From NCBI RefSeq assembly GCF_964213995.1, contig NW_027590137.1, forward strand, positions 62,001 to 126,000: DNA of 64,000 bases, in the 5' to 3' direction. How positions within the stretch are numbered: the first letter of the stretch is position 1; every line of letters starts with the position of its first letter. Source of the stretch: Mustelus asterias (taxonomy: Eukaryota). The notes under the pieces were generated by a model. It saw only the letters and a program-made list of their open reading frames with translations. It searched no databases and was not told the origin of the DNA. Of this stretch, positions 1 to 11,780 are shown one piece after another. Both the position numbers and the translations under genes were made by a program.

Positions 1-653
1 GTCACTTTGTGAGCAACGTCATGAAGTGCAAGAAAGAGATTTTGATGTCCCCAATTCCTCAGCCCAATGAGATCAGTGTAATGGCCCAAAAATGAAAATA
101 ATTAAAAGGAAAAGAAAATCATATAGCTGTCTTGAACAGCGCGGATACCTGGAATATTCTCAGTGTTCTGCACCTCTTTAAAAAGACAACGTCAATAATA
201 CGTGATTGGCACCATGTTCTGTTGTGCAGCATAATCTGATTTCGATTATTTAACATTCCCTCTCATAGCTGCCAATGAGTGAAGAAATGACCAGTTCATA
301 ACCTGGTTCAGTGGAAGATAAAACATTTATTCTTGTGATATTGTGCAATATGCTGCAAAGTCCTGATGTCCTGTATTCCACTACTAATGAATGTTAGACA
401 GCCGGTGGCCAATTAAAAGAGCTGCAATGATTGGGATGCTGAAGGAGAACTTTCTTGATCGCCATGTTGGTTCTGATTCATTAATTTCTCTGTCAAAATC
501 GATTTCAACTTTATGTATCTCTGTCAGCTCAATTAATTATCAGTCAACCAGGCTTCTTTCACCGTTAATTTTCACAGGGTTAAGGAGCTGTTGGGGAAAT
601 ATAAGGTGTAACATTATATCATATGAGGAGATTCTTTTTTGAATTCATTCGTT

Positions 654-962
654 GGTGGCACAGTTGTTAGCACTGCTGCCGGACAGCGCCAGGGACCTGG
701 ATTCAATTCCCGGTTTGGGTCTGTGTGGAGTCCCTGTCTGTGTGGAACCTGCACGTTCTGTCTATTTACTCACATGGTCCTATTGTCTGCCTATTTTCTC
801 ACACAGTCCGAAATTATGCTGCTTAGGTTGATTGCCAATGATAAATTGTCCCATAGTGTCAAGGGAATTAGCAAGGAATATACGTGGGGTGATGGGGATA
901 GGGCCTGGGTGGGAATGTTGTCGGTGCGGGCCCGATAGGCCAAATGGCCTCCTTCTGCTCTG
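654..962 (+). mobile_element. HE1-type tRNA-derived V-SINE (diverged)
   Basis: GGTGGCACAGTTGTTAGCACTGCTGCC head, V-domain-like core, GGGCC..AAATGGCCTCCTTCTG tail; similar to 46769-47135. Confidence 0.8.
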
Positions 963-974
963 GGTGCCGCTGGA

Positions 975-1283
975 TGATCAGCATTTATTGCCCACCCCTT
1001 GTCCGAGGGCAGTTGAGAGGCAGCCACATTGCTGTGGCTCTGGAATCACACGTCGACCAGAACGGGTAAGGAAGGCAGATTTCCTTCCCTGAAGGACATT
1101 AGTGAAGCAAATAGGTTTCTACATAATCGACAATGAGTTATAAGTAGATTCTTAATTCCAGATGTTTTTATTGAATTTAAATTCCACCATCTGCCGTGTG
1201 CGGGATTGGAAGCCGGATCCTGTGAACATTAGTTGAATTTGTGGATTAATTGTCGAGCGATAATGCTAAGCCATTGCTTCCCT
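975..1283 (-). mobile_element. tRNA-derived SINE of a second family
   Basis: Reverse complement has a tRNA-like head; related pieces on + at ~3630-3730, 12680-13010, 45090-45160. Confidence 0.55.
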
Positions 1284-1694
1284 TCTTCTTATATCCAGTC
1301 CTAAATTACACTGATAGCTATCTACACCTGAAATACAATCATCCCAGCATGTAGTTACATAAATCGATAATAATTCCTCCAATAAGTTATAATTTTGCTG
1401 CAATGTGTTAGAGACACAGAATTATTGCAAATCTGACTGACGTCTTTACCCTGATAAGGTAATGTCACCTTGTTTATGTCTATTCACTTGTAAAGGGGTG
1501 CAGAAATGAAGGCATTTAATTTACAATGAAATAGTTTCTTTTCTATAACAGATAATCAAATGCAATTTCATCTCTTGGACTAGCAGAGACATTACAATGG
1601 ATTTCACTCTTGCTGCCTCAGTATTAGTCTGTTTCTGGAATGTTGCAGTGTCAGCAATCAATTCACCTGGAATAATCCTCGGTGTTTTTGATAA

Positions 1695-1975
1695 ATTTGA
1701 TTTGATTTATTATTAGCACACATATTAGTACACAGTGAAAGTTATTGTTTCTCACGCACGATACAGTACATAGGAAAGGAAGGGAGAGAGTGCAGAATGT
1801 AATGTTACATTCATAGCTAGGGTGTAGAAAAAGATCAACTTAATGCGAGTTAGGTCCATTCAAAAGTCTGATTGCAGCAGGAAAGAAGCTGTTTTTGATT
1901 CGCTTTGTAAATGTCCTCAGGATTTTGTATCATCGCGATGGAAAAAGGCGAGAGAGTATGTCCGGGGTGCATGGT
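1695..1975 (-). mobile_element. Rex1/Babar LINE 3' fragment in the pseudo-VH leader-intron remnant
   Basis: (ATTTG)n/TTTATT tail; similar to 3735-4108 and 63750-63900. Confidence 0.7.
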
Positions 1976-2163
1976 TCTTTTTGCATGTTTGTCTTCCATA
2001 TTTTTAAAAGTGTCTTATCAGAGGTTGTGTTGACTCAGCCAGAGGCAGAAACCGGGTGTCCCTGAGGCTCCCTGAGACTGACTTGGAAAGCCAACGCGTT
2101 CATTATTGGCAGCAACTGGATGCCTGGGTCCGTCAGGTCCCTGGGCAATGTTTTTGGTACCTT

Positions 2164-3280
2164 AGGAACATAAGAACGTAAGAACTTGGAGCAGGAATGT
2201 GCCAACTGGCCCCTCGAGCCTGCTCCGCCATTCAATAAGATCATGGCCGACGTTTTTGTGGACTCAGCTCCACGTATCAGCCCGTATACCATAACCCTTA
2301 ATTCCGTTTCTGTTCAGAAAAATATTTTTCCTTGCCTTAAAAAGCTGCAATGACGTAGCCTCAATAGCTTCACTGGGCAGGGAATTCCACCGATTCACGA
2401 TCCTTTGTGTGAAGAATTTCCTCTTCAACTGAGTCCTAATTCTGCTCCCCCTTATTTTGGGGACATGCCCCCGAGTTCTGGTTTCACCTGCCAGTGGAAA
2501 CAACTTCCCTGGTTCTATCTTATCAATTTCCTTCCCAATCGTAATGCTTCTGTAAGATTCTCCCCGCATTCTTCTGAATTCCAATGACTATATGTTCAAT
2601 ACCTCTGACATTTCTTCATTTCCAGTTATTACATCCCCCTTCTCATCCTCTAAAGGACCAATGTTTACTTTAACCACTTTTTTTTGTTTTCTATTTGTAG
2701 AAACATTTGCTATCTGTTTTTATATTCTGAGCTAGTTTACTCTCATCATTCATCTTACTTTTCCTTATAGCTTTTTTCGTGGCTTTCTGTTGATCTTTAA
2801 AGATTTCCTAATCCTCTATTTTCCCACTAATCTTTGCCACTTTGTTTGTATTTTCTTTCAATTTGATATCCTCCTTTATTCTCTTCGCTATCCATGGCTG
2901 ATTATCTCTTTTTCGACGGTCCTTCCTGATCACTGATATATACGTTTGCTGACCACTGTGAAAAATCGCTTTGAAAGTCCTCCACTGTTCCGCAATTGTC
3001 CCACCATAAAGTCTTTGCTTCCAGTCTACCTGAGCCAACTCCTTCCTCATCCCATTGTAGTTTCCTTTGTTTAAACACAGGACACGTGTATTGGATTTTA
3101 CCTTCTCACGCTCCATCTGTATTTCAAATTCAACCACACTGTGATCGCTTCTTCTGCGAGGATCCCTAACTATAAGACCATTAATTATTCCTGTCTCATT
3201 ACACCGGACCAGACCTAGGATAGACTGTTCCCTCGTTGGTTCCATTACATACTGTTCAAGGAAGCTATCGCAGATACATT
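2164..3280 (-). mobile_element. CR1 LINE fragment (internally deleted) inside pseudo-VH FR2/CDR2
   Basis: ORFs 2264..2584 (RT C-terminus) and 2808..3245 (SDH endonuclease end); tail at 2164; CTT on both sides. Confidence 0.9.
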
Positions 3281-3367
3281 CTTCAGTACGATAGCCTTCG
3301 ACTATCCTACAATTCGTACGCCCCAGAGATTCAGAATCAATTTATGCCGTCCAACGACACTTCAAAC

Positions 3368-3566
3368 AACATAAAAAGAAAATACTGGAAAATCTCAGCA
3401 GATCTGGCAGCATCTATAAGAGAGAAAAGAACTTTTTGTCAAAGCTTTGACAAAAGCTTATCTGGACTCCAAATGTCAGCTCTTTTCTCTCCTTACAGAT
3501 GCTGAGATTTTCCAGACCTTTCTCTTTTAGTTGAAGATTTCAGCATCCGCAGCAATTTCATTTTAT
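3368..3566. mobile_element. Short inverted-repeat Penelope-like insertion in pseudo-VH FR3
   Basis: Arms CTGGAAAATCTCAGCA / TGCTGAGATTTTCCAG; 9-bp TSD ACTTCAAAC at 3359-3367 and 3567-3575. Confidence 0.65.
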
Positions 3567-3734
3567 ACTTCAAACGCTTTTGAAATAACTGAAAACCGAA
3601 GATTCCTTTCTTTACCCTATCTGTCCGACAAGACCCAATTTCCACTGTGATGAAAATGACTCTTAGCCACCACTGAAATTGCCGAGCAAGCCAATCAGTT
3701 ATATCAAAACTGCTATAGGAAATCAAATAATAAT

Positions 3735-4108
3735 TTGATTTGTTTGATTTATTACTGCCACATGCATTAGCAAACAGTGGAAAGTATTGCTTCTTGCGCA
3801 CTATACAGACAGAGCATACCATACATAGAGAAGGAAACTAGGGAGTACAGAATGTTGTGTTACAGTCATAGCTAGGACGTAAAGAAAGATCAACTTAATG
3901 CAAGGTAGGTCCATTCTAAATTCTGATGGCAGCAGGGAGGAAGCTGTTCTTGAGTCGGTTCGTATGTGACCTCAGACTTCTTTATCTTTTTCCCGACGGA
4001 AGCAGGTGGAAGAGAGAATGTCCGGGGTGTGTGGGGTCCTTAATTATGCTGGCTGCTTTGTCACGGCAGTGGAAAGTGTAGACAGAGTCAATGGATGGGA
4101 GGCTGGTT
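3735..4108 (-). mobile_element. Rex1/Babar LINE 3' fragment
   Basis: Minus strand encodes SIIKDPTHPGHSLFHLLPSGKR*RSLRSHTNRLKNSFLPAAIR, the Rex1-type C-terminus. Confidence 0.8.
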
Positions 4109-4359
4109 TAAAATCATCTAGAGGGCAAGTTTTCAACAAGGTGGTTCACAACCGCCTTCTTAGCAGGGACAATTAATGTTGGCTTTGTCAGTGATGCTCA
4201 CATCCAGACGATCAATAAAAACAGTGCAAAGTGCTGCAGATTCCGGAGATCTAAGACTAAAAAGTGCTACTTAGCAGGTCAACGGGCATCAGCAGAGAGA
4301 GAAGCAGATTCACATTTCAGATCGATGCCAGGATGCAAAATCTCATTGATATAATTCTA

Positions 4360-4590
4360 AAAAGCAAGGCTGTTCTCCCCAATATCCTACCATAATACTC
4401 ATTCTTCAAATAAAATCTCAAATGTATGGGCCATTTATCACATCTCTGTTTGTGGATGCTTGTTGTACACATATTACCTACTGTATTTCCAACATTACAG
4501 CACTGACTAAATTCAGCAAAGATGCATCAGTGAGGTTTGAGAATTTTGGGGCGACATGAGGTGGGGTAAAGCGTTCTATAAATGCAAGCT
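4360..4590 (+). mobile_element. Old DeuSINE/SacSINE-like fragment
   Basis: TCACATCTCTGTTTGTGG..ACATTACAGCACTGACT..CTATAAATGCAAG pattern. Confidence 0.45.
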
Positions 4591-4671
4591 GTACCAACAT
4601 GACAGTTGTAATACGTTGGAAACGCTGACATCAATGTGATTATAGTCACTCTTCTGCCTGATCATAGCAGC

Positions 4672-5152
4672 ATAGAATCATAGAATCCTCACAGTGCAGA
4701 AAGAGGCCGTTCGGTCTATCAAGTCTGCAGCGGCTCTCCAGCAGAGCACCCTCCTAGGACAAGACTACACCCTATCCCGACAACCACAAATATTCACACG
4801 CTAATCCCCCTAACCACATCGTTAGACACCAAGGGGCAGTTTAGCATAGCCAATCTACCTTGGGCCTGGGAAGGATGCTGTGCTGGAAAGCTGGTGCAGA
4901 CTTGATGGACTGAATGGCCTCCTTCTGCGTTTTCAGGATTCTAACCCTATATGGATGCTCCATATCCTTGGACGCTCAGGGGAAATTTATCATAGCCAAT
5001 CAACCTAACCTGCATATCCTTGGACTGTGGAAGGAAACCGGAGCACCAGGAGGAAACTCTCATGGACATGGGTAGAATGTGAAAACCACACACAGTCACC
5101 CAAGGTTGGAATCAAACCCGATTCCCTGTCGCTGTGAGGCAGCAATGCTAAC
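4672..5152 (-). mobile_element. HE1-type SINE with an inverted tail fragment at ~4860-4945
   Basis: (ATAGAATC)n tail at left, tRNA head at right. Confidence 0.75.
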
Positions 5153-6009
5153 TGTATCTCTTGGTGATAACCACACAGGATTTTTTATTCTTCCCTTGTG
5201 TGAGTGTGATCACTATTTGTGACAGGAATATTTCAACATCAGATCTGTTTGTTTTAACTTGTCTAGTTTGAACAGATTAAATCATTAATCAAATTGACAT
5301 TCAGTGGAATATCTGCCTGTTTATTTATTGTGACATCAGAACTTTAAGAATAAATTCTGAAATAGAATGTATTATTTTCTTGTATAATGAATGTTCAAAA
5401 AGTTTCTATTAATTTTCAATCAACTGCTAATATTCTTAAAATAAACCGCTATTTTGAGTTGAAACTGATCAATAAGCGGCGGTTTATCTGGTTTTGCTGC
5501 CATGAACATTTCATTGTAAATAGTGAGGTTTTTATGTAAATAAATACAGAAATAGAAATTCCAGATTACATTGTTGACAGACAAAAACTCAACAAATATT
5601 TCCCCAATAACACAGTGCAGAAATCGTGCCAAACATACAAATCAATCAACTGATTCCAGCAATAATTGATTTTCAACATTATTGAAAGTTATCATTTTAA
5701 ATTATATGAATAAAAACGTCATGATGATAGCTATGTCCAGAATTAGGAAAAAATCCCTCTGATCACGAAATATAATGGCACGCCAAATGTATTCATTGAA
5801 ATTTCCTGTGTTTCATCTCTCTGTCTTTCTCCTGTCTGTTTCTGTGTGTTGTCGCTCCACAATGGTTCATCACCTTCACTCCACAACATGAAGTCAATGT
5901 CGACCCAATGAATTCTCTCAGCTGGAGTTATAGACTTCCAAAATAATTTATTTCAATGAATTGGAATCCGTGAGTGAGATTTACTCTCAAAGATTTATTG
6001 AGCATTCTG

Positions 6010-6610
6010 TGATCTTAGAATGTTTGATACTTTTTCTGCTGTATCTAACCTCGGCTGAACCGAGTGATCAGGATTCGATGTGACAGTACCGAAGGATCTT
6101 TCCTCATATTGAGCCGATGCTATCCCTGTCCTTGGAGTATTTGACTGGACAATGTCGAGAAATATTTATTCTGCATCCAAACTCACCGTACCTGCCTTTT
6201 GAATGGTTGATATGATTTTGTCAAGGAAGATTTAATCCGTATCTGATCTCTGCTGTACCTGACCTGGGTGTGCTTTATGGAACTGTGTAGACGGTCTTTT
6301 GCCTGTGCCTAGCACTAATTTAAACCTGCCTCCCGAAGAGTGCAGAAGAGGTTTTACGTAGCAGAGAGTCCATACTCTTTCTGCCTTCATTTTGTTTGAG
6401 CAAACTTTGTAGAGGGAGGTTCACTCTGTTTATTGACAGTATACTGTTCTGGGAATGTTTGATTTGGATCGTGTAGAGGGACATTTACTTTGTATCTAAC
6501 TCATGCTATTGCTGCCTTGGGAGTGTTTAATTTGGTAATGCAGAGGGAACTTTGCATTCTACAGCTAACCCCATGTTACGCCTGTCCTGTAAGTTTTTGA
6601 TGGGACAGTC
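6010..6610 (+). repeat. Degenerate ~66-bp tandem satellite
   Basis: Recurring GTATCTAACC..CTGTACCTG.CCTGGGAGTGTTTGATGGGAC.GTGTAGAGGG units; reverse-complement copy at ~44700-44790. Confidence 0.7.
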
Positions 6611-6629
6611 GGCCGTCTCTACAAACTTC

Positions 6630-7960
6630 ATGGGGATTGAACCTGTCTCTTTATATTAAAGTAAATTTACCCTGTGTCAGCTTATATTATGAGGCCATGC
6701 CTTTGTTTATTTTTCACTAGAACCTAACTCTTTTTATATTGCACGTAGAATTTTATATTGCCTGTCTCTACTCATATTAAACTGAATGTTTTATCTGTTG
6801 ATACTAAATTAGACGCTGTCTCTGTTTACATTATACATTACCATGTTTCTGTTTATTTTAAACTCGACGTTGTCTCTGTTTATATTAATTCAGATCTGTC
6901 TCTGTTTGTATCTTATTTCTGCAATTGACCCTGTCAACATTCACATTGCATTTGACATGGTCTCAGTTTTTACTGCACTGATCAATGCCAGTAATGATGA
7001 AAGTGGTTGGGAGAACACAATTCTCTGCATCCTTCTGCAACTGCAAACTCTATGAGGTTTTGGGCACTGGAAAAGAAGAAGCGATACCTGAAATCTACTT
7101 CTGCTGTCTGCATTGAAAATGGATACCAAGCCCTGTGTAGCATGCACTGTCAACAAAGAACAAAAAACAAAGAAAGTTACAGCAGAGGAAACGGCCCTTC
7201 GGCCCTCAAAGACTGCACCAACCAAATACTGTCGATCCAATACTGCCCGCTTCTGGATCCTGCCTGATAGCAACGTTTTTATCCCAACATATTATCTCTT
7301 CTTCTCGCAGAACCGTGTAGTAATACAGACATAATTCAAACAGAGGCATAGTTTAGTGCAGGAATAACACTGACACAGTCTAGTGAAATATATACAGGGT
7401 CAGTATCAAATATTACATTTCCCGAGAGAATGTCTTGTGCAATATAAACTGAGTTCTGGTCTAGTAGAGTATTAACTGAGTCAGACTGTATTTTAATATA
7501 AACATGGGCCTGATCCAACACAATAGAAATGAGTTAGTGCCGAGTGTCATGTGGGGATGGTCAAATGCCAAATTCCAATGATACCCACATCCCATTAAAG
7601 AAACATTTTTTTAAATGACATTGTCAAGGAAAAGAAAACTGAGACAGTGTCTAGCGCAGTTTTACTGATATAGGAGCTTGTGCGACATGAACTGAGACAG
7701 CGCCGAGTAATTAATGATACTGGAACGAGATTTATATGAACTGAGATGGAGCCAAGTGCATTGGTAATAATTACTGATACAGGACTGAGGCAGGTTTAAA
7801 CTGAGACAGAGTCCAGTGTGTTAGTGATAATTACTGATACAGTACCTTGACTGATATAAACTGAGACAGAGCCCACTTTATTCGGAGTAATTGTTCATAC
7901 AGGACCTAGACTGATACACACTGAGATTCGGACAATGCAGCAATTAGGAGGTATGGCAAA
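6630..7960. repeat. Degenerate ~30/60-bp AT-rich tandem repeats in two opposed orientations
   Basis: CTGTCTCTGTTTATATTAA units at 6630-6980; ATATAAAC..AGACAG units at 7320-7960, with ~60-bp period at 7690-7930. Confidence 0.6.
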
Positions 7961-8454
7961 GTACAATAAAACTGCGACATGACATAGTCTTAAATAATCA
8001 AATACATGGACTGGTGCAGCATGAACTTAAAAAGGAACTAGATTATTAAAATCTAATGAACTTTCAGCAAACTAACTGTGACAGACCATGTGTAATGCAT
8101 GAAGACATATTTCCAGTCTACTATAGAGTGGTAAATGTTCTGAGGCAGTTAGAATTAAGACACGGCCTCTTGTCAGATTAGCAGAGACATGGATAAGTGC
8201 AGCCATTGCTTAGAAATTATAATATTAACAGGGCCTGTGCTTCGTACATGAATAGCTGATATTGAGCCGAGTGCAGGAAAAAAATTTAGATAGGGCCTCC
8301 TGGAATGTGATCCGGGCAGAGTCTAGTGTAACACAGACAGGGTCAGAGGCGAGTTGAATATAAGCAGAAATGATATGTTTAACAATACTTCATGGGATTT
8401 TGATGATCAAGTCAACTTTTGTTGCCAAAGCATAATTTCCTTTGAGAATGTGGT

Positions 8455-9275
8455 GGCAAGCTTTGGGAAGGTGGTGGATGGGGTGTTCTTCGAAACAGCT
8501 ACTTTTTCCAGAATGGCATTGAACTTATTGAGTGGCACAAGTCAGGCGAGTAGAGAACATTCAATCATTTGTGTTGGAACAGACTTGGTGGGCAGAAGGG
8601 CCTGTTCATGTGCAGTACTGTTCATTGTTCTTTGTTCATACTCCTCGTTTTTGCCTTGTAGATGATGGAAAGGGTTTGGGAATTCAGGATGTGAGCTGTT
8701 CGCCGCAGAACTCCTGGCATCTGACCTGCTCTTATAGCCACATGATTTAAATGCTTGTTCCAGTTCAGATTTTCACGAAGTATAATGCCCGGGATGTTGA
8801 TAGTGAGGGATTCTGCGCTAGTAATGCTACTTAGTGTCAAGGGAAGAGGTTGGAATCTCCCTTATTGGAGAGGGTCATTGCCCGCCACTTGTGTGGCTTT
8901 AATGTTACTTTCCAGTCATTAGCACAAGACTGAATGTTTTCTAAGTCTTGCTTCATATGGACGCAGATTGTGTCAGTACCTGAGGAGTCGGAACTGATGC
9001 TGAACTTTGTTCAATCATCAGTGAATATGCCACACATGAATGTTGATAATGGCTGAAGCTTGGGGCTAGGTCACTAACCTGAAGAATTCCTGCAGTGCCC
9101 TGTGACTGAGATGATTAACAACCATTAACAACCAAAACCATCTTCCTTTGTGCTCCAGCCAGTGGACTGTTTCCCCCCTGATTCCCATTAACTGCACTTT
9201 CGCTCGGGCTCCTTGATGCTACAAACGGTCAAATGCTGTGTCGATGTCAAGGGCACGCACTCTCTATTCACCTTT
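8455..9275 (-). mobile_element. Old CR1-clade LINE RT/3' fragment
   Basis: ORF 8622..8840 NLNWNKHLNHVAIRAGQMPGVLRR..IYKA; related 3' pieces at 11010-11200 and 24150-24620. Confidence 0.7.
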
Positions 9276-10130
9276 TAATTTAAAATGTGTATCTACATTT
9301 GGATTCATTTTAAATCATTTCTGGAATCGAGTGATCCTGGTGGAACAAAAATTGATCATCTTGGTGTGCGTGTGTTTTGTGAAATATATCATGTTTTATA
9401 GAAATTAATTTCAAAATGATCAATTGCATCCTTCCATTTACAGTACATGATGTACACACAATAAACACATCCAATTCAGATTGGCTTCTTTTACATGTGT
9501 CACCTTTTCTGATGATTGAGGAGGACAATTTTTGAAACATTAGCTCTGCCACAAGTGCTGCCCATTAAGTTACCATTTGTCATTGTGTGTTATCGTTTCA
9601 ATAACATGGATGGATATTAGGAGCCAGTTATCACCAAAATCCCGTGGGCCTTGCCCTCCTGAAGGTGTTGAATGTCTTAGCGAGATTGACCGAAGTACGT
9701 TAAAGACACGGACACATATGGAACATGGAGAAGTTGTTGGCTGGAGTAAATCTTCCAACACAATCACTAAACTGCACATCAGGAATACCCAGTCTGCAAG
9801 CAGATGATATATTTCAAGCGTGACCCTAGCAAAGATCTTTCCGTGATACTATGAACTGAGATATGTCTGCAGCTGTAGCAGTCTCTTCCATTGGCTTACT
9901 TTGCAAAAAGTATGATGAATTTGAATCATGCATCATGTGAAATGGTAGGTGCCAGGGTGGCACAGTGGTTAGCTCTGTTGCCTCACAGCACCAGCGCCAC
10001 ATGTTTGGATCCTGGCTTGGATCATTGCCTGTGTGGAGTCTGCACATTCCTCCTGTGTACGTATGGATTTTCTTCTGTGTGCCCCAGTTTCCTGCGACAG
10101 TCCGAAAAGGCATGCTGGTAATGTGCACTG

Positions 10131-10675
10131 TAAGAGTTTTAACAACACCAGGTTAAAGCCCAACAGGTTTATTTGGCAGCAAATACCATTAGCTTTTGGA
10201 GCGCTGCTCCTTCGTCGGATGGAGTGGAAATGTGCTCTCAAACAGAGCACAGAGACACAAAAATCAAGTTACAGAATACTGATTAGAATGCGAATCCCTA
10301 CAGCCAGCCAGATCTTAAAGATACAGACAATGTGGGTGGAGGGAGCATTAAGCATAGGTTAAAGAGATGTGTATTGTCTGATTGGATACACCACGCATCT
10401 CTTTCACCTGTGCTTAATGCTCCCTCCACCCACATTGTCTGTATCTTTAAGATCTGGCTGGTTGTAGGGATTCGCATTCTAATCAGTATTCTGTAACTTG
10501 ATTTTTGTGTCTCTGTGCCCTGTTTGAGAGCACATTTCCACTCCATCTGACGAAGGAGCAGCGCTCCGAAAGCTAATGGTATTTGCTACCAAATAAACCT
10601 GTTGGACTTTAACCTGGTGTTGTTAAAACTCTTACTGTGTTCACCCCAGTCCAACGCCGGCATCTCCACATCAAG
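10131..10675. mobile_element. Penelope-like pseudo-LTR as a ~250-bp-arm inverted repeat
   Basis: 10131-10378 is the reverse complement of ~10388-10635; matches terminus of the Penelope at 46187. Confidence 0.85.
10543..10579 (+). ncRNA. Minimal type I hammerhead ribozyme motif (Penelope-type)
   Basis: ccat-CTGACGA-a-GGAGC agc GCTCC-GAAA-gc-TA-atgg: core boxes, 5-bp stem II, palindromic AGCT stem III, 4-bp stem I. Confidence 0.7.
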
Positions 10676-11261
10676 GTGCACTGGCCAGGCTAAATTCTTC
10701 CTCAATGTACCCGAACGGACGCCGCAGTCGGGCGACTCGAGGATTTTCACAGTAACTTCATTGCAGTGTTAATGTAAGCCTACTTGTGACATTAATAAAT
10801 AAACTTCAACCTTAAATCTTCCAGCAAAAAGGAGAATGTTATAAATGTTCAGAAAGATTATTTTCACCAATGACCATCCATTCACAATTTAATAAATGCA
10901 TTCACCAGTTCTCATTCACTCACAAAGAATAGTCGATTTAAAATTACTTTATGGAAGGTGAGCGGCACTGTCTGAGCTACAATTTATTCCACATTTCTAA
11001 CTGCATTCGGTAAGCTGGTGGTGAGTCGCCTTCTTGAACCACTGCACAACCTGCAGAGAAGATACACCCACAGTGCTGTTAGGGAGGGTTCTCCTGGCTT
11101 CCGACCCAAGGACAGTAAAGGAGCGGTAATATATGTCCAAGTCAGGTTGATGAGTGTCTTAGAGGGGAATACCCAGGCGGGGTTGTTCCAGTTCACCAAT
11201 TAACATCGATTCATACAGATAAACAATTATTTCACCAATTATATTCTGCATTTTGATAAAT

Positions 11262-11780
11262 GCAAAATGCTGCGGATTCTGGAAACTGAAACAAAACAAT
11301 AAATTCTGAAAATCTCAACAGGTCTGATAGCACCTGTGGAGAGAGAATAGAGTCAAAGTTCCGAGTCAGGAAGATCCTTCTTTATTTGGAGGAATTGAAG
11401 ATGATGACATTGGGAAATGATGAGGATGGAAAGGGATTAGAAAGTTTCTTTCGGATATAGTTAGTGATTGAGGCGTTGATTAAGTTAGTTGGCATGGAGA
11501 AGTTGATTATGATATTTGGGATCGGTATGTAAACTGATGCAACTTGTGTGTGGCTCGAAATAATGTACATAATTAAACAGTATCTATTTGAACTATTCCC
11601 ATTTCACACGAAAGTTATGCAGCTTCTCTGACACCTTGTTAGAAAAAATGATGATCTCTCCAATGCATCAGGAACACTCTGCCGAAGCGTCATCCAGACC
11701 TGAAACGTTGGCTCTATTCTGTCTCCACAGATGTTGTCAGACATTCTGAGGTTTTGCAGCATTTTCTGTTTGTTTTCAGT
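11262..11780. mobile_element. Old Penelope-like relic with inverted termini
   Basis: 11262-11380 roughly complementary to 11690-11780. Confidence 0.5.

Larger units (their letters stand above)
2011..3628 (+). pseudogene. IGHV: Orphan IgM-type VH pseudogene in three pieces (2011-2163, 3281-3367, 3576-3628)
   Basis: [32 protein letters not shown]; LQYDSLRLSYNSYAPEIQNQFMPSNDTSN; LKTEDS. Stop codon, Cys22->Trp and a frameshift; aligns by eye to VH at 18849. Confidence 0.9.
9952..10810 (+). mobile_element. V-SINE interrupted by a Penelope insertion
   Basis: tRNA head at ~9955; body resumes at 10676; GTGCACTG on both sides of the insert; TAATAAATAAAC tail. Confidence 0.75.

Noticed and set aside
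1597-1650. ATG-initiated hydrophobic stretch as pseudo-VH leader
   Set aside because: It straddles the deletion joint between upstream-homologous and intron-homologous DNA and does not resemble the real leader.
3643-3649. CACTGTG as pseudo-VH RSS heptamer
   Set aside because: No nonamer at 12 or 23 bp; context looks SINE-derived.
5480-5650. Possible D-segment RSSs (CACAGTG ~5611, ACAAAAACT 5581)
   Set aside because: Heptamer and nonamer do not pair at 12/23 spacing.
6010-7960. Regularly spaced repeats as a CRISPR-like array
   Set aside because: Degenerate eukaryotic satellites without unique spacers or cas genes.
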